From the NCBI GenBank assembly GCA_032718475.1, contig JAUCBJ010007915.1:1-52670 (forward strand): a DNA stretch of 52,670 nucleotides, written 5' to 3'. Positions 36,949 through 49,596 of this stretch are shown piece after piece. The notes beneath the pieces are model-generated. The model saw only the letters and a program-made list of their open reading frames with translations, did not search any database and had not been told where the DNA came from. Each line of letters begins with the position of its first letter. Position 1 is the stretch's first letter. A program made the position numbers and the translations under genes. Source of the DNA: Nemertoderma westbladi (lineage: Eukaryota > Animalia > Xenacoelomorpha).

Positions 36949-39900
36949 GGATAAATTTATTAACACCCCACTTACAGGGACCGCATGACAGACACGAAAC
37001 TGGTGTGACCGTACGGGCGGGGGGGGGGGGGGGTAATAATAATGCTATAGTAGACGTCGTTAATATTAATAGTACCGTATTGGATAATCCTAACCAAACC
37101 TTTATTGCAGGAAATACCTTACCTAGTAGTAGTAATTTAAATTTAAATCCGAATGATTCTGATATTAATGTAGGAAATAATTCTAATATTAATGTAGTTA
37201 CGCAAAATAATCCGAATAATCCAAATAATCTAAATAATAATCTGAATTCGAATTTACAAAATAATTCAAGAAACGCAATTGCGCAAAATAATCCGAACAA
37301 CTTTATTTTGAACGAACAAAATAATTCCGTTTCTAACTTGGGTGTACAAAGTAATTTAACTGGGGTGGAGGATTTAATTGATTTAACCAATAACGGTGCC
37401 TGTGGTGCTATTGATGTGAACGCGACGGGCGTGTGTGGCCCGGAGGCCAGCCTGATGGACCGCGTAGTTAACGAGCCAGAGGTGGCGGGGTTGAGTCAAC
37501 CCGAGGTGGGCCTGGTAGGCCACGTAGTTAGTAGGCAGGAAGCGACGGGGTTGAGTCAACCCGAAGTGGGAATGGTAGGCCACGCAGTTAGTAGGCAGGA
37601 AGTAGAGGGCCTGGTAGGCCACACAGTAGCAGAGGGAGAGGCGGGGGTGAATAGACCCAGCCGCAATAGGGTTGATGTGTCGACTAGAGGGGGATATAGC
37701 AGCGGGGTGAGAGATAGCGAGGTTAGATGTGGCGAGTGGGGAGGGGGGCTACAGGAGCCCCACAACAGCGAGTTAGCGGCGAAAGGGGGGGGGGGGGGGC
37801 AGAGGGTGCCCCACAAGCGTCAACGGATAATGCGCGGGCCGAGATAGGTAAACCGCAACACCCGGCGATGGAGAGTGATATGGGGATTGCGAGTATCCCC
37901 AGCGGCGTGCGATCGAGCAGAGAGAGGCAGGTTGACGTCGCGAGAGGGCGGACGGAGCGTCGAGCCCGATCGGAAGAGGGAAGAAGCTAGGAGAGAGGCG
38001 GAATTGGCCGACCAGAATGCACGGGAGGGTCGGGAGAGAATAGCAAGAGAGATGCTTGAGCGAAAAGAATTGGAAAAACGCCAAAGCGAGCTTATAGAAT
38101 ACAAAACTAGACGCATGCGCGAGCTGGAACTGGCGCGGATAGGGGCGTCTGAGAGTGGGACTGGCTCGAATATTTTCAAGGAGCCAAGGGCCGTGGATAA
38201 ATTTATTAACACCCCACTTACAGGGACCGCATGACAGACACGAAACTGGTGTGACCGTACGGGCGGGGGGGGGGGGGGGGGGGGGGGTAATAATAATGCT
38301 ATAGTAGACGTCGTTAATATTAATAGTACCGTATTGGATAATCCTAACCAAACCTTTATTGCAGGAAATACCTTACCTAGTAGTAGTAATTTAAATTTAA
38401 ATCCGAATGATTCTGATATTAATGTAGGAAATAATTCTAATATTAATGTAGTTACGCAAAATAATCCGAATAATCCAAATAATCTAAATAATAATCTGAA
38501 TTCGAATTTACAAAATAATTCAAGAAACGCAATTGCGCAAAATAATCCGAACAACTTTATTTTGAACGAACAAAATAATTCCGTTTCTAACTTGGGTGTA
38601 CAAAGTAATTTAACTGGGGTGGAGGATTTAATTGATTTAACCAATAACGGTGCCTGTGGTGCTATTGATGTGAACGCGACGGGCGTGTGTGGCCCGGAGG
38701 CCAGCCTGATGGACCGCGTAGTTAACGAGCCAGAGGTGGCGGGGTTGAGTCAACCCGAGGTGGGCCTGGTAGGCCACGTAGTTAGTAGGCAGGAAGCGAC
38801 GGGGTTGAGTCAACCCGAAGTGGGAATGGTAGGCCACGCAGTTAGTAGGCAGGAAGTAGAGGGCCTGGTAGGCCACACAGTAGCAGAGGGAGAGGCGGGG
38901 GTGAATAGACCCAGCCGCAATAGGGTTGATGTGTCGACTAGAGGGGGATATAGCAGCGGGGTGAGAGATAGCGAGGTTAGATGTGGCGAGTGGGGGGGGG
39001 GGGGCTACAGGAGCCCCACAACAGCGAGTTAGCGGCGAAAGGGGGGGGGGGGGGCAGAGGGTGCCCCACAAGCGTCAACGGATAATGCGCGGGCCGAGAT
39101 AGGTAAACCGCAACACCCGGCGATGGAGAGTGATATGGGGATTGCGAGTATCCCCAGCAGCATGCGATCGAGCAGAGAGAGGCTGGTTGACGTCGCGAGA
39201 GGGCGGACGGAGCGTCGAGCCCGATCGGAAGAGGGAAGAAGAACAGTGGAGTTTAACCGGGAGGTCGACGAGAGATCTCACGAGCGGGAATACTGCACTA
39301 CGAAGAAAAGAAGGGAAGAGAATAGAAGAAGTGTCGCCGCGAACGATAGGAGAGCGAGGACGGACAGCGAGCCGTCGGTAGTCGAGATGGAAAGAGAGTG
39401 TCGGTGGGGTCGAACTTTGGGAGATTGCCGTCGTCCCGGAGAGACGCGACCTGACGAGACGCGTTACGCGTCGAGAGAGGGGTACACGATGTACCGGTAC
39501 GAAGACGAGAGCAGTAGAGGGGGTCGAAGAGAAACTTTCCGACGGGATACACCTACCGATCGAGAATACGGTAGCCGCGGGGAGGATTATTCAAGAAGGA
39601 TAAACTTCGATCCCGAGCGACACATACAGACTGTAGGACATACTGTAGGCCTTACTGCACATACCATAGGCCATGCTGACAGGAATAATGTAGGCGATAG
39701 GATAGCGCGGACGACGGAATTAAACCCGGAAGTCGCGGAGTACATACCGGCAGGTAGGCCAGAAGATGATAGGCCTATACTGGTACCGGCACAGCAGTAT
39801 GGCTACAGCATGCAGGGACATAACATATACCCAGGGGAGAGGGGAATTATTGCGGATAGGTGCATGGGCCCCAATATATTAACATCAACCCCAGTACCAA

Positions 39901-42900
39901 ACATACCGGTGGGGGGGGGGACAGGGTGACATTCCCCCATCACAATATCAACAATATACCCCAATAGGAGCAAGAACAACGAACCCCTTGAATGGAAATA
40001 GGTCATGCGACACAGAAATATGGAGGGGGCCGCTACCCCCAATGATATACCCAAGCCAGAGGAAGACAGGAAATAGGACGGACGGACCGCACCTAACAGG
40101 ATAAACTATACAACATCCATCGAACCCATTGGAAGCGCAGGCGATGGGAATGGCCACGTTAATAGATGCGCTAAAGACAAGGATCGAGCTACCACCCGTG
40201 GAACCATTTAAATTCGATGGGAGTAGGCCAGAAGAATATCTACAGTTTCGGCGCATGTATAGTAACGAAATACTAACAAAGAACTTGACGCAGGCGGAGT
40301 GCCTAAAATATCTCCAAGTATACACACGAGGCCCAGCATACGACATCGTGAGGCAATACCAGGGTATAGAGGGTGGCTTCACGACGGCATGGTGGGCATT
40401 GGACAGGGAATACGGTCACCCAGCCAAGATCATCCGGCAAACCCTGAGAGGCATAACATCGGGTGGCCTACAGGATAGTCCCGTTGGCATTAAGACATTC
40501 GCGAACAAGGTCGAGAAGGCGCTAATCGTGTTAAAGACGCTAGCCGCGCCATACGAACTCAACGCGTCCAACAACATCACCACGATAGCGTAGGCACTAC
40601 CGATGTGGCTGCGCAACAAGTGGAGGAAAATCGCTTTCTCCACTCGAGATAGGAAGGGTGCGGAACCGGGTTTAGAAGAAATGTCAAGCTTCTTAAACTA
40701 CGAAGCTGAACTAATAACCGACCCAGTCTATAGTGAGGACAGCCTGGGAAAGGGACCAAGAACCGATTACCATAGACCGAAACCAGAACACAACACGTCA
40801 AACGCATTACCAAGGTCAGGCAATCATTGCCATAAGCAGCGATGCAGGGGACTGCAAGTCCACAGGTAGCCGAAGGTAAGACCACACCATGGAACGGACA
40901 GGGGAATAATAACAACACAAATAAATATAACCCTAGTACGCCCAGTAGGCCGAACCCAAACAACAAGAATAGTAGGGACTTTGGTGCAAATGCAACTGCG
41001 ATACGCAATGCACTGCATAAGGAGGGCTACAACCCAAAGAGCAAATGCCAGCTACATACAAATGCACTTCATCAAACCATGAACTGCAGGTACTGGCAAG
41101 CGCTACCCATGGAAGATCAGGTAGAATATGCGGCGAGAAATGAGATCTGCTCGCGATGTGTGATGAGTGGACATAGAGCTAGGCAATGCAAGGAGACGCC
41201 GGTCAAGTTCGGTCAAAGGAAAGGCCAAACGATGGCAACGAGCACGGTAGGGGCGAAAAAGAGAGGAACGGTGCTACTTGGGGTAGTACCAGTGCGAGTA
41301 ATTGGAGAAGGCAATCGATCAGTAACCACACTGATGCTGGTTGATAGTGGAGCTGCCTTCACATTAATCGAGGATTGGGTGGCCGAAGAGATAGGATTGA
41401 GAACGAGGCCGAGTAGAATGGCGGTAACAACCATCTCCAGCAAAGATGAGGTCCTGGAGATGAGAACCGGACGGTGCGCCATCGCAGCAATAGCACCAGG
41501 ATGCGACTATGGGGCGAGCATCGACCCCATCCAAGTGATAGAGTCAATAAACATCAATGCCAGACGGCCAACCAACATCGAGGTCGAACAATATAAATTT
41601 GTGGATGATATCGACTTCTCAATCCCAGAGGTGGACGTTAGGAAGGTATCCATCATAGTAGGAATGGACTGCCCAATGGCCCACGAAAGAATGCAAACGG
41701 TCTTCGGCGAAGACAAGCAGTGTGACCCGGTGGCGATACTGACACCATTCGGGTGGACGCTGAGTGGCCCAATCAAGAGCAAGATACCATTTAGGATGTC
41801 GGAGACATCAGGATGCATGTTCGCGGGAACTATGCAGGAAATGGGTGATGAGAGAGCAGAGGAGCAGCTTAAGAGACTGCTCAGACAGGATTTTGAAGGA
41901 TTAAAGGAGATCGGGGTCGGGACCTCGGTGGAAGACAAACAGGCTCAACAAAGCGTAGAGGAGTCTATGAAATGCGATGAAGGGCGGTATACCATAGGGA
42001 TGGTATGGAAGCTACCAAAGCTACCATTGCCCGATAATAAAGGGATGGTGCTCACGAGGCTTCGTAAGTTGACGCAGACACTAAAACGGAGCCCCGAGAA
42101 GAATGAGTACATCCACAGAACAATTAAGAAGTACGTCGAGAAAGGATGGGCCGTGGAGTTACCGGTCGACGAACCAAACACGGATAGGACATATTACCTA
42201 CCACTTCACGTGGCTTTAGACCCGAAGAAAGGTAAACTGCGGATGGTAGTTGACGCATCGGCAAAGACCAACGGAAAATGCTTAAACGACTATCTACTAG
42301 AAGGTCCGAACATATACAACTCAGGGATAGAGGTCCTACTTAGATTTAGAAATGTGAAACACGCCTTCACGTGTGACATAGAAGGCATGTTCAACCAAGT
42401 CCGTGTAACGGAGGAAGATAGCGACAGTCAACACTTCTTATGGTACAACGGTGACGAAGAACCGTCGATAATACCGACGTACAAGATGATAGTACAGAAC
42501 ATGGGAGCCAAGTCGTCTTCAAGGGGAAGGAGGATAGATACAGCACTAGGGCCGTCGATATGATTCGACGCGGCTTCTACGTAGACGACGGAATGGAGTC
42601 TGGAAATACGGTTAAGGAGATACTGTACACCGGGCGCGAGGTTCGCGACATCCTAAAAGGATCCGGCTTTAACCTGACCAAATTCCAATCCAGTTTGGAG
42701 GAATTTATCAAGGCGATAGTGGACGAGAGACCAGAATCGACCATGGATAATCCCACAACGGCCAAAGGGCAGGACATGGCGAGCAAGAGGACAGAGTCTC
42801 AACAGAAGGCACTGGGAATCGTGTGGAACAGAGAGACAGATGAACTGAAGTACCAGCTGAGCCAGGAGGGCGCAGACATCCACACAAAGAGAGGCTATGT

Positions 42901-44758
42901 GTCATACATAGCAAGAATATACGATCCCCTAGGTCTAGCATCCCCACTATTAGTCACGGGGAAACAGATACTCAAGAGAGTATACAAACTGAAGGAAAGC
43001 AAAGCGAAGCGAAGTCAACGCCGCCAGATTCAGCATCAGTTCCCAAACTAGAATTGACAGCTGCCAGACTAGGAGTTAGGGCCACAGCCTACCTAGTGGA
43101 TACTATTCCCAACATAGTGGAGACACACTACTGGACGGATTCCATGGTAGTGCTTGGTTGGCTACATAACGAAAGGACGAGATACCCTATATTCGTCACG
43201 AATAGGGTGGACGAAATAAGGGCGACCACAGAATTGGAAAGGTGGCACTACTGCCCAAAGGACGAGAACCCAGCGGTCTTGTTATCGAGGGGCGTGGTAC
43301 GCCACACTTTCTTGAAGAAGGAAGTATTGTGGCAACACGGGCCACAGTTTCTGAGCGACAAGGAGGCCTGGCCGCCGATGAGAAAGGTGGACCCGGGCTC
43401 GGGAGAAGCAGTATCAGAGGGAGAAGAGGGAGATTCAGAGGGAGAAGAGATATACTCCCAGATGGTGAGGGAGATAAGGGACGTGCAACCTAAACTAGAA
43501 GAACTGTGCGATAACCTGATGGATAAACTCCTCAGATACAGCTCTAGTTGGTATAAGACCAGGAAATTAGTGGCGTACTGGAGAGCCTTCGGGAATTTCC
43601 TCGCGGGAGTTGGCAAAGGCAAGAAGATCAGGACAACCATAGATCTGGAAGGAGCGGCTAAAGCAGTCATCAGCTATGAACAACGGAAGAACTACGGCGA
43701 CGAGGTGGAACGCGTCGGTAAGCAACAGCATCTTCGACGGGACAGCGAGTTAATCACGCTGTCACCACAACTTAATGATGATGGGATTCTAGTAATGAAC
43801 TCTAGGGTGGGCTACAACAACAGCATCGTTGTACCGCCGAAGCCCATCATCATCCCAACAGGATCGCCAATAGTCCACCAGATTATCTGGGACTCCCACA
43901 AGTCGATATTGCACGGGGGCACCAACCGAACCCTTACGGAGATACGGAGGACCTTTTGGGTCAAGCAGTTGAGGAAGAAGGTAAAAGCGGTAGTGGGGCA
44001 GTGCCAGACCTGCCGACGAGCGAAGAAGGAGCGAGCCACACAGGAGATGGCACCACTACCGGCGAGTAGGGTAAGACAGCACGACCCGCCATTTACGCAT
44101 TGCGGTGTGGACATGTTCGGGCCGATAAAGATCAAAGTGATGCGGCACACGGAGAAACGCTACGGTATTATCTTCGTATGTAACAACATGCGGGCGGTAG
44201 GGATAGAACTCGCCCAAGATGCAACCGCATCAGCATTCATTAATGCATTAGAAAGGTTCAGAGACCGCAAAGGTGGGACGATCGCAGTAATGTACTCCGA
44301 CAGCGGAACCAACTTTGTGGGAGCAGAGAACGAGATGGCAGAGGCCTTGGACATCTTGGAAGGGGAGGAATTCAGGGCAGCCATGAGACGACGACAAGTA
44401 AAGTGGGAGAGAAGGACGCCGTATGCACCACATACACTGCCAGAGTTGGAAGGTCGCTAAAGCGATAAGCGCAGAGTATTGGAGGAGGTGGATTGAGGAA
44501 TACCTACCCACGCTTCACAAAAGAAGCAAGTGGAGGAAGTCGAATAGGGAGTTAAGAGAGGGAGATCTCGTAATCGTTACGGATGATACTATCATCAACA
44601 ACCAGTGGCGGTTGGCGAGAGTTGTAGGCACTTACTCCGATGAGGACGGAAGAGTCCGATCGGTAGAAGTGCGGATAGGTGGCAAGATAGGTTCGAAAGA
44701 CAGAAAAACCTACAGGAGAGCTGTAGGGAAATGCTGTCTATTAGAAGGGGCACCTTAG
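36949..44758 (+). pseudogene. Element B gag-pol remainder, disrupted by stops, frameshifts, deletions and a duplication
   Basis: Gag FKFDGSRPEEY, CQLH..H..C / CSRC..GH..C; protease LVDSGA; RT KLRMVVDASAK, CDIEGMF, YVDD (~42578); integrase HKSILHGG..CQTC, GVDMFGP, YSDSGTNF; YWRRWIEEYLPTL. Confidence 0.92.
37987..39241 (+). repeat. ~1.25-kb tandem duplication within B gag (second copy; first copy is 20730-20937 + 36949-37986)
   Basis: Near-identical sequence differing mainly in poly-G run length; contains the empty target site agggccgtggataa with a single GCCGT at 38190-38194. Confidence 0.93.
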
Positions 44759-44899
44759 AGTGGAGTTAGAGTGTAGTTTAGTCGTCCAAGTCTTGGACTG
44801 AGGGGGGTGGGATTGAGGGTGAGACGCCCTTCCCACACATAAAATAAAAAATAAAATAAATAAAAATTAGAGTTAGTTAGTTAGTTAGGAGTTAGAAGG

Positions 44900-45292
44900 A
44901 GTTAGAAGGTACGTAGTACCTAGAGTCAGGAAACAGTTAGTTAGTTAGGAGGTACGTAGTACCGTTAGTTAGAGAGTTAGTTAGTTAGGAGGTACGTAGT
45001 ACCGTTAGTTAGTAAAGAGAGTTAGTGGAGTTAGTAGAGTCAGAGTAGTAAGAGGGTACGTAGTACCATTAGTTAGTGGAGTTAGAGTAGTAAGAGGGTA
45101 CGTAGTACCGTTAGTTAGTGGAGTTAGAGTAGTAAGAGGGTACGTAGTACCATTAGTTAGTGGAGTTAGAGTAGTTAGAGGGTACGTAGTACCGCTAGTT
45201 AGAGGTATTGGAGTAAGAGTTAGAGGGTACATAGTACCGCTAGTTAGAGAGAGAGAGAGTAAGAGTTAGAGGGTACGTAGTACCGATTAGTA
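44900..45292 (+). repeat. ~42-bp tandem repeat (9 cores GGTACGTAGTACC) downstream of B pol
   Basis: Cores at ~44908, 44951, 44991, 45055, 45097, 45139, 45181, 45226 and 45272, separated by TTAG/GAG-rich linkers. Confidence 0.88.
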
Positions 45293-45763
45293 ATAGGGGT
45301 AGAAGGGATATGTATAATATGGATATTAGTTAGCAGTCAGTAGCGAGAGGGGGGCATATGAGTACAGTTGGATAGATCGTGTAGGCCACGCGACATATAC
45401 TGCTGTACTGCACAGGCCCATAGAATAGGTCAGAATGTGGATTATGAAATAGAATAATCCATAAACAGTAAATAGTAGAAATAGATCAAAATAAAATAGA
45501 ATAAGAATAGGGCTAAAAATTTAACAAATTATAGTAACAGTAGGAAAGAAATTCTGGAATACAATAAAAGTAACTGACAAAACTGCAAATTAGGGTACAT
45601 TTAATAGCTTCAAAATTAAGTAGTAGGGATTTAGGCTATAAGGCGAAATTAGACAAGGAATAGGCCATTATCGGACCGTACAGACCATCCTAGCTGCATC
45701 ACTCACTTATATTGCGCCTTGGAAAGGCACCACCTTATAGGTGAGCGATCGGGAGAGTTCGAA

Positions 45764-48328
45764 ATGGCGGGGAAGCTGATCAGGAAGAGAAAGGCGGAGT
45801 CAGGAGGAAAGGAGATACTGGTGGATTTCACCAAGAGGCATCCGGAAGAGAGGACGAGGGGATACTATGACCGTTTAGGAAAGGGTCACTCAGCATGAGC
45901 GCTACAGGACCACTTCAGGGAGATGCATGAACAGCGGCTGGTCGGGACCTACGGGACGCCGTCGCTGGACAACGCGATCTTCGAGCATTTCCACTACGTG
46001 ATGAAAGGGGACAAGGCGAAGTTCGGGATTCCGAAGTACGCGAGAGAGTCACCGAGGAAAGATTGGAGGAGGTTCATAGAGTCCGGCAACAGGGGAGGAT
46101 ACATGATCCTAGACGACGAAGGGACCGTGGAAGACGAGGAGGGTTCAAGGAGAGGATCGGCAGGATCGGCCAGGACCATACTCCTACATTTGGCCGCGCC
46201 AAATGGGGACATTTTCCTATTTGACCTGGGAACGTATGGGAAGAAGGATGGGCCGAAGTTGGACCGGCTGCCGAGGGCGGTGCAGGTCCTAGTAAGGGAG
46301 AAGTCGACGACGAAAGTGGGATCGGCGATTCGCGAGGACGCGGAGAGAATCATCGGTCCGGACGCCACCAACCTCCTGGATATGCAGAAGGTCTTCATGG
46401 CTATGACAGCACCAGACGGGTTAGGAGTAGTCGGGAACACAGGCCAATGCGGAGCGGTGGCAATGGGCCAGCTATTGGGGCTCGTATGCCACAAACCGAT
46501 GGACTGGGGGAAGTTCAGGGAGGAATACGGAGCAGAACTAGCGAACTCGCTAAAGTGGGGAGCGAGACCGGGAAAGCAAGAGGTGTATCAATTCCGAAGA
46601 GGAGCGATAAAGGTATATCAGAAGCGATATATCCTGCAGGAAGATTGGATAATGATAAGTTTGCTTAACTTATTCATGACCGTGGTTATCGAGAGGGAAC
46701 CAGCGGCATTTCTGTTATCGGGATCACCCCTAAGCTACAGAAGAGCCTTTAAGACGGCTTTCGACGGTCTGGTAGACCACCCGGGGCTGAAGGGCGAGTC
46801 GGTGTACTACAACAGCCGACATCTGGTAGACGGGGAGATAGATACGCCGTATCAGAGATGGGAGGAGCTAGAGACGGATAGACGAGAGGCGAAGCGACTG
46901 GAAGAAGTCGCTAGACGGGAAAGGATAGAAGCAGAGGAGAGGGAGGAGGAGGCCAGGACGCAGAGTCACGGCTTCGAGGAACAGGCAGGCTTAGATGAAC
47001 TTCGTTGGGCTTCATCAGGGAGTTCGGGGGAGTCTCTAGGGCGAGAACTGGGATGGACGGTGGGATCGCCGAAACAGTCAACGTCGGGGTTGCAAGCGAT
47101 GCCCATACCAGCGGGCGCCGAAGGCGACCAACCGCTAAGGAAGTTAGGGGAGCTAGAGGGATGGAGAGCTACGGGCGAAAGCCAAGGCGGGAAGGGACAT
47201 AGTGGATCCACCGGGATACCGGGGTTGGAGACACTGCCAGAGGAGGATGAATACGACGACGAGTTCGGAGAGATGCCGCCCATCGGGAGGATAGGCCACT
47301 CGGACACGGATTGGGTTGGCGGGAGGGTGGTGACGGCCAGTGGGGCGAGGACCTTCTGGGATAGACCCAGCAAGCGGGCCTGGGTGCACGAGGAACCGGC
47401 GATGGATTTCGCGGGGAGCACTATCAGGTTGGGCGAGCAACCAGGGACGGCACCTCGGGTAGTATTCGGGGAGACGATGCCCGAGAGGGGCGAGGAGATC
47501 GACGTAGACAGGGACACTAACGTCCAGAAGTTCGCCTACCAGCGACTCCACAGACCGCGGAGATCGCTTGGGACGGAAGACGACGTGGGGCGGGATACAT
47601 TGGTGCTCGGCTGTGACTACTTTGGGAGACAGACCCACCAGGAAAGGAGCTGTTTGTACCGATTCCAGAAAGGGACTAGTTGTCTCTACTGCCGCGAGTC
47701 GAGCCACAGGATGGGGGCGTGTCCACGGTTGCATAACCGATGTTCGAAGTGTAACTTTCGGGGACACTACGAACGCCAGTGCGACCGGATGGACGATGAA
47801 GAGAAGTTCAGAATCTTCGAGGAGTGGGCCGACGTTGGGGCCATGACGCGGCAACGCATGAAGGCCCAGGAGTTCAAGTGGGGTTTCTTCCTTATCAATC
47901 AGGAGGCTCACTTGGAAATCATAAAGCAGAGGTTACCGTTTACCTATCAAGAGGTAGCAACGGCGGCGTCGTATGCCGGGGTGATAAATACACAAAGGTA
48001 TTTGGACAGGTGGATGCCATAGAACCGAGGGGAGTTTAGGGATTTCCTGGCGATGCACGTGCCGCGGGCAATGAAGATGATCTTATGGGACACCACCAGG
48101 GGGAGACAACAGGGCCACACGGAGGGGCCACCCGCGAAGCGATATCGGGAGCTGATAACGCCGGCACCCAAGGAGCCAACGACCGGGAGCAGTAAGGAGG
48201 TGGCGGCGAGAGTCCGAAGACAGAAAGCGGATCCCAGAGGAGCGGTAGTGATCAGGAAACGACCCAGGGAGGAGGACGGCAAAGGGAAAGACTTGAGGTG
48301 GTTCCCAAAGTCAGGGGGGATAAACTGA
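45764..48328 (+). CDS. Element B accessory ORF: DEDDy-like 3'-5' exonuclease + coiled coil + triple CCHC module (~854 codons, two in-frame stops at ~45896 and 48020)
   Basis: ATG 45764, ORF 45923-48022 and ORF 48053-48328 share one frame. Motifs MILDDEG, ILLHLAAPNGDIFLFDL, LPRAVQVLV...KVGSAIRED, LLDMQ, QKRYILQED; knuckles CLYCRESSH..C and CSKCNFRGH..C. Confidence 0.78.
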
Positions 48329-48819
48329 GACTTCGATGTGGTACGCCTGGAAGGCGCCACGTGAGACGTGCGAACTATTAAGTACAAATTTAAGTAATCT
48401 AAATAATCAAATAAGTGCAATTTGTATGTACGTACGTAATAGCCAGTAATCTACGAGAATACATACGTTCGAAGTAAGTACTATAGTCATTCAACCTTTC
48501 TCAATTAGCTACTGGGACTGGGGGGCCAACTGACTATGGCACTATGGACGAGACACCAGACGATTTCACACTTCTTGAGTGCGACGGCACAGGAGGGGGG
48601 TGAGACTCGTCAGAAGGGATGGGGTAGTCAAAGAGGGGTCGAGTGAGGGTGATAGTGCGGAGTACGGAGAGAGTGCGGATGCAATTCAAGTGTGTGGGGG
48701 GGGAGGATAAGAGACTGAGTGAGGGACAGGGAAGTCCGAGAGTTAGAGCGAAAGAGAGGAGAAGTAGAGGAGAGTCAGGGTGAGAACAGAGTGGAGTTGA
48801 AGCGGCGAAAGTGTTGGGG

Positions 48820-49375
48820 TGTTAGCTTATTCAATTCCGCTAACACCCCACAAAGTAAGCCGTTAAGCAATATTGGGGGCCACGAGGTTGGGTAATCAAC
48901 CACTCGTGCCACCCCAACAAAGTGGGAAGGAGAAACACACAATAGGGGTCAGGGGCCACACCCCTGACAGAGAGAGAATAGCAGGAGTGAAGGGAAACAC
49001 TCCAAAGGGCGCCACCAACAGGGATATCAGCCAATGGGGGGCAGGCACCGGCTAGGTACTGTAACAACGGCCAAACCGTGCAATATATTATTAGGTATCA
49101 GTAATCAGTTATTCAGTTATCTCATTTGTGTTAGTCGGTTAGCTAGGGTAGAGCGGAGACTTCTAAGACCGTCCTCGCCTACCACCATTACCTGTACATA
49201 CTACACTTCAATTGCAATATATTACACCATTTATACTATATCCATTTAACGTCTACATTATACATATCAGAGAATCAATAACACCAGAACTCTCAAACTC
49301 TTTCCACACAAACGGCGGGGACGCGTACTTTGAACAACCGCGGATAAACCGGGATCCTCCTTGGATCCCGTCACA
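48820..49375 (+). mobile_element. Solo LTR of a B-related subfamily inserted in B's 3' region
   Basis: tgttagc...cccgtcaca, homologous to B LTRs but with a diverged 3' half; flanked by TSD TGGGG (48815-48819 and 49376-49380). Confidence 0.9.
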
Positions 49376-49587
49376 TGGGGAAACAAAAGTCGTGTGAGAG
49401 GAGCGCACGATCGGCCCGACATGGGACGCCAGGCGAACCGGGTAGCATTATCATACCCATAGGGAGCGGCCTGAAAAACCGGCTCCGAGAGAAAATAATA
49501 CCACCCCACGCCCGATACTAGATCGGGATCCAGCGGAATTGTAGCGCACTTTAGGTGGATGCTATCTTCTCACCGGGAAGATAGCAT

Positions 49588-49596
49588 GGGGGGGAG
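49588..49596 (+). promoter_or_regulatory. Polypurine tract of element B
   Basis: GGGGGGGAG immediately before the 3' LTR. Confidence 0.85.

Noticed and set aside
36900-37847. Separate Asn-rich host gene
   Set aside because: It is low-complexity B gag sequence whose apparent start lies in C's LTR; the frame breaks at poly-G runs may be sequencing errors.
44860-45290. Telomeric repeat
   Set aside because: TTAG-rich but not a regular TTAGG or TTAGGG array, and internal to an LTR element.
45764-48328. env gene
   Set aside because: No signal peptide or transmembrane segment; exonuclease-like and CCHC motifs instead.
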